Of a stretch of 64,000 nt of DNA, positions 63,991 to 64,000 are shown piece after piece (positions within the stretch are counted from its first letter, which is position 1; every line of letters starts with the position of its first letter). The translations under genes were made by a program, and so were the position numbers. The notes below the pieces were generated by a model. It did no database searches, was not told where the DNA came from, and saw nothing but the letters and a program-made list of their open reading frames with translations. The stretch comes from Octopus vulgaris (lineage: Eukaryota): contig OX597821.1 of assembly GCA_951406725.2 (NCBI GenBank), positions 87,482,001 through 87,546,000 on the forward strand, written 5' to 3'.

Positions 63991-64000
63991 ACCGGAGGTG

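Overview
AT-rich eukaryotic DNA made almost entirely of repeats. The tRNA-derived SINE families and microsatellite load suggest an octopod cephalopod (inference). I find no intact host protein-coding gene, and nearly all ORF-track entries are microsatellite or SINE artefacts. Contents: about 20 copies or fragments of four tRNA-derived SINE families; decayed DNA transposons (piggyBac, mariner, Tc1, maT-like, a non-autonomous Helitron, MITE-like palindromes); LINE remnants (CR1, R4/Dong-like, Tx1-like); and two decayed Penelope-like elements (PLEs) of different clades. The main unannotated signal is a set of type I hammerhead ribozymes (HHRs): 7 with canonical CUGANGA/GAAA/NUH cores, plus several degenerate ones. 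They sit in short pLTR-like units, mostly next to (TA)n, (TG)n or (TAA)n tracts. Best candidate system: a near-identical 596-bp tandem with two HHRs (44924-45992), a retrozyme-like unit predicted to release a 596-nt, possibly circular RNA. A ~228-bp-arm palindrome carries two divergent HHRs (57813-58274). All coordinates and alignments were read by eye; no searches or folding were run.
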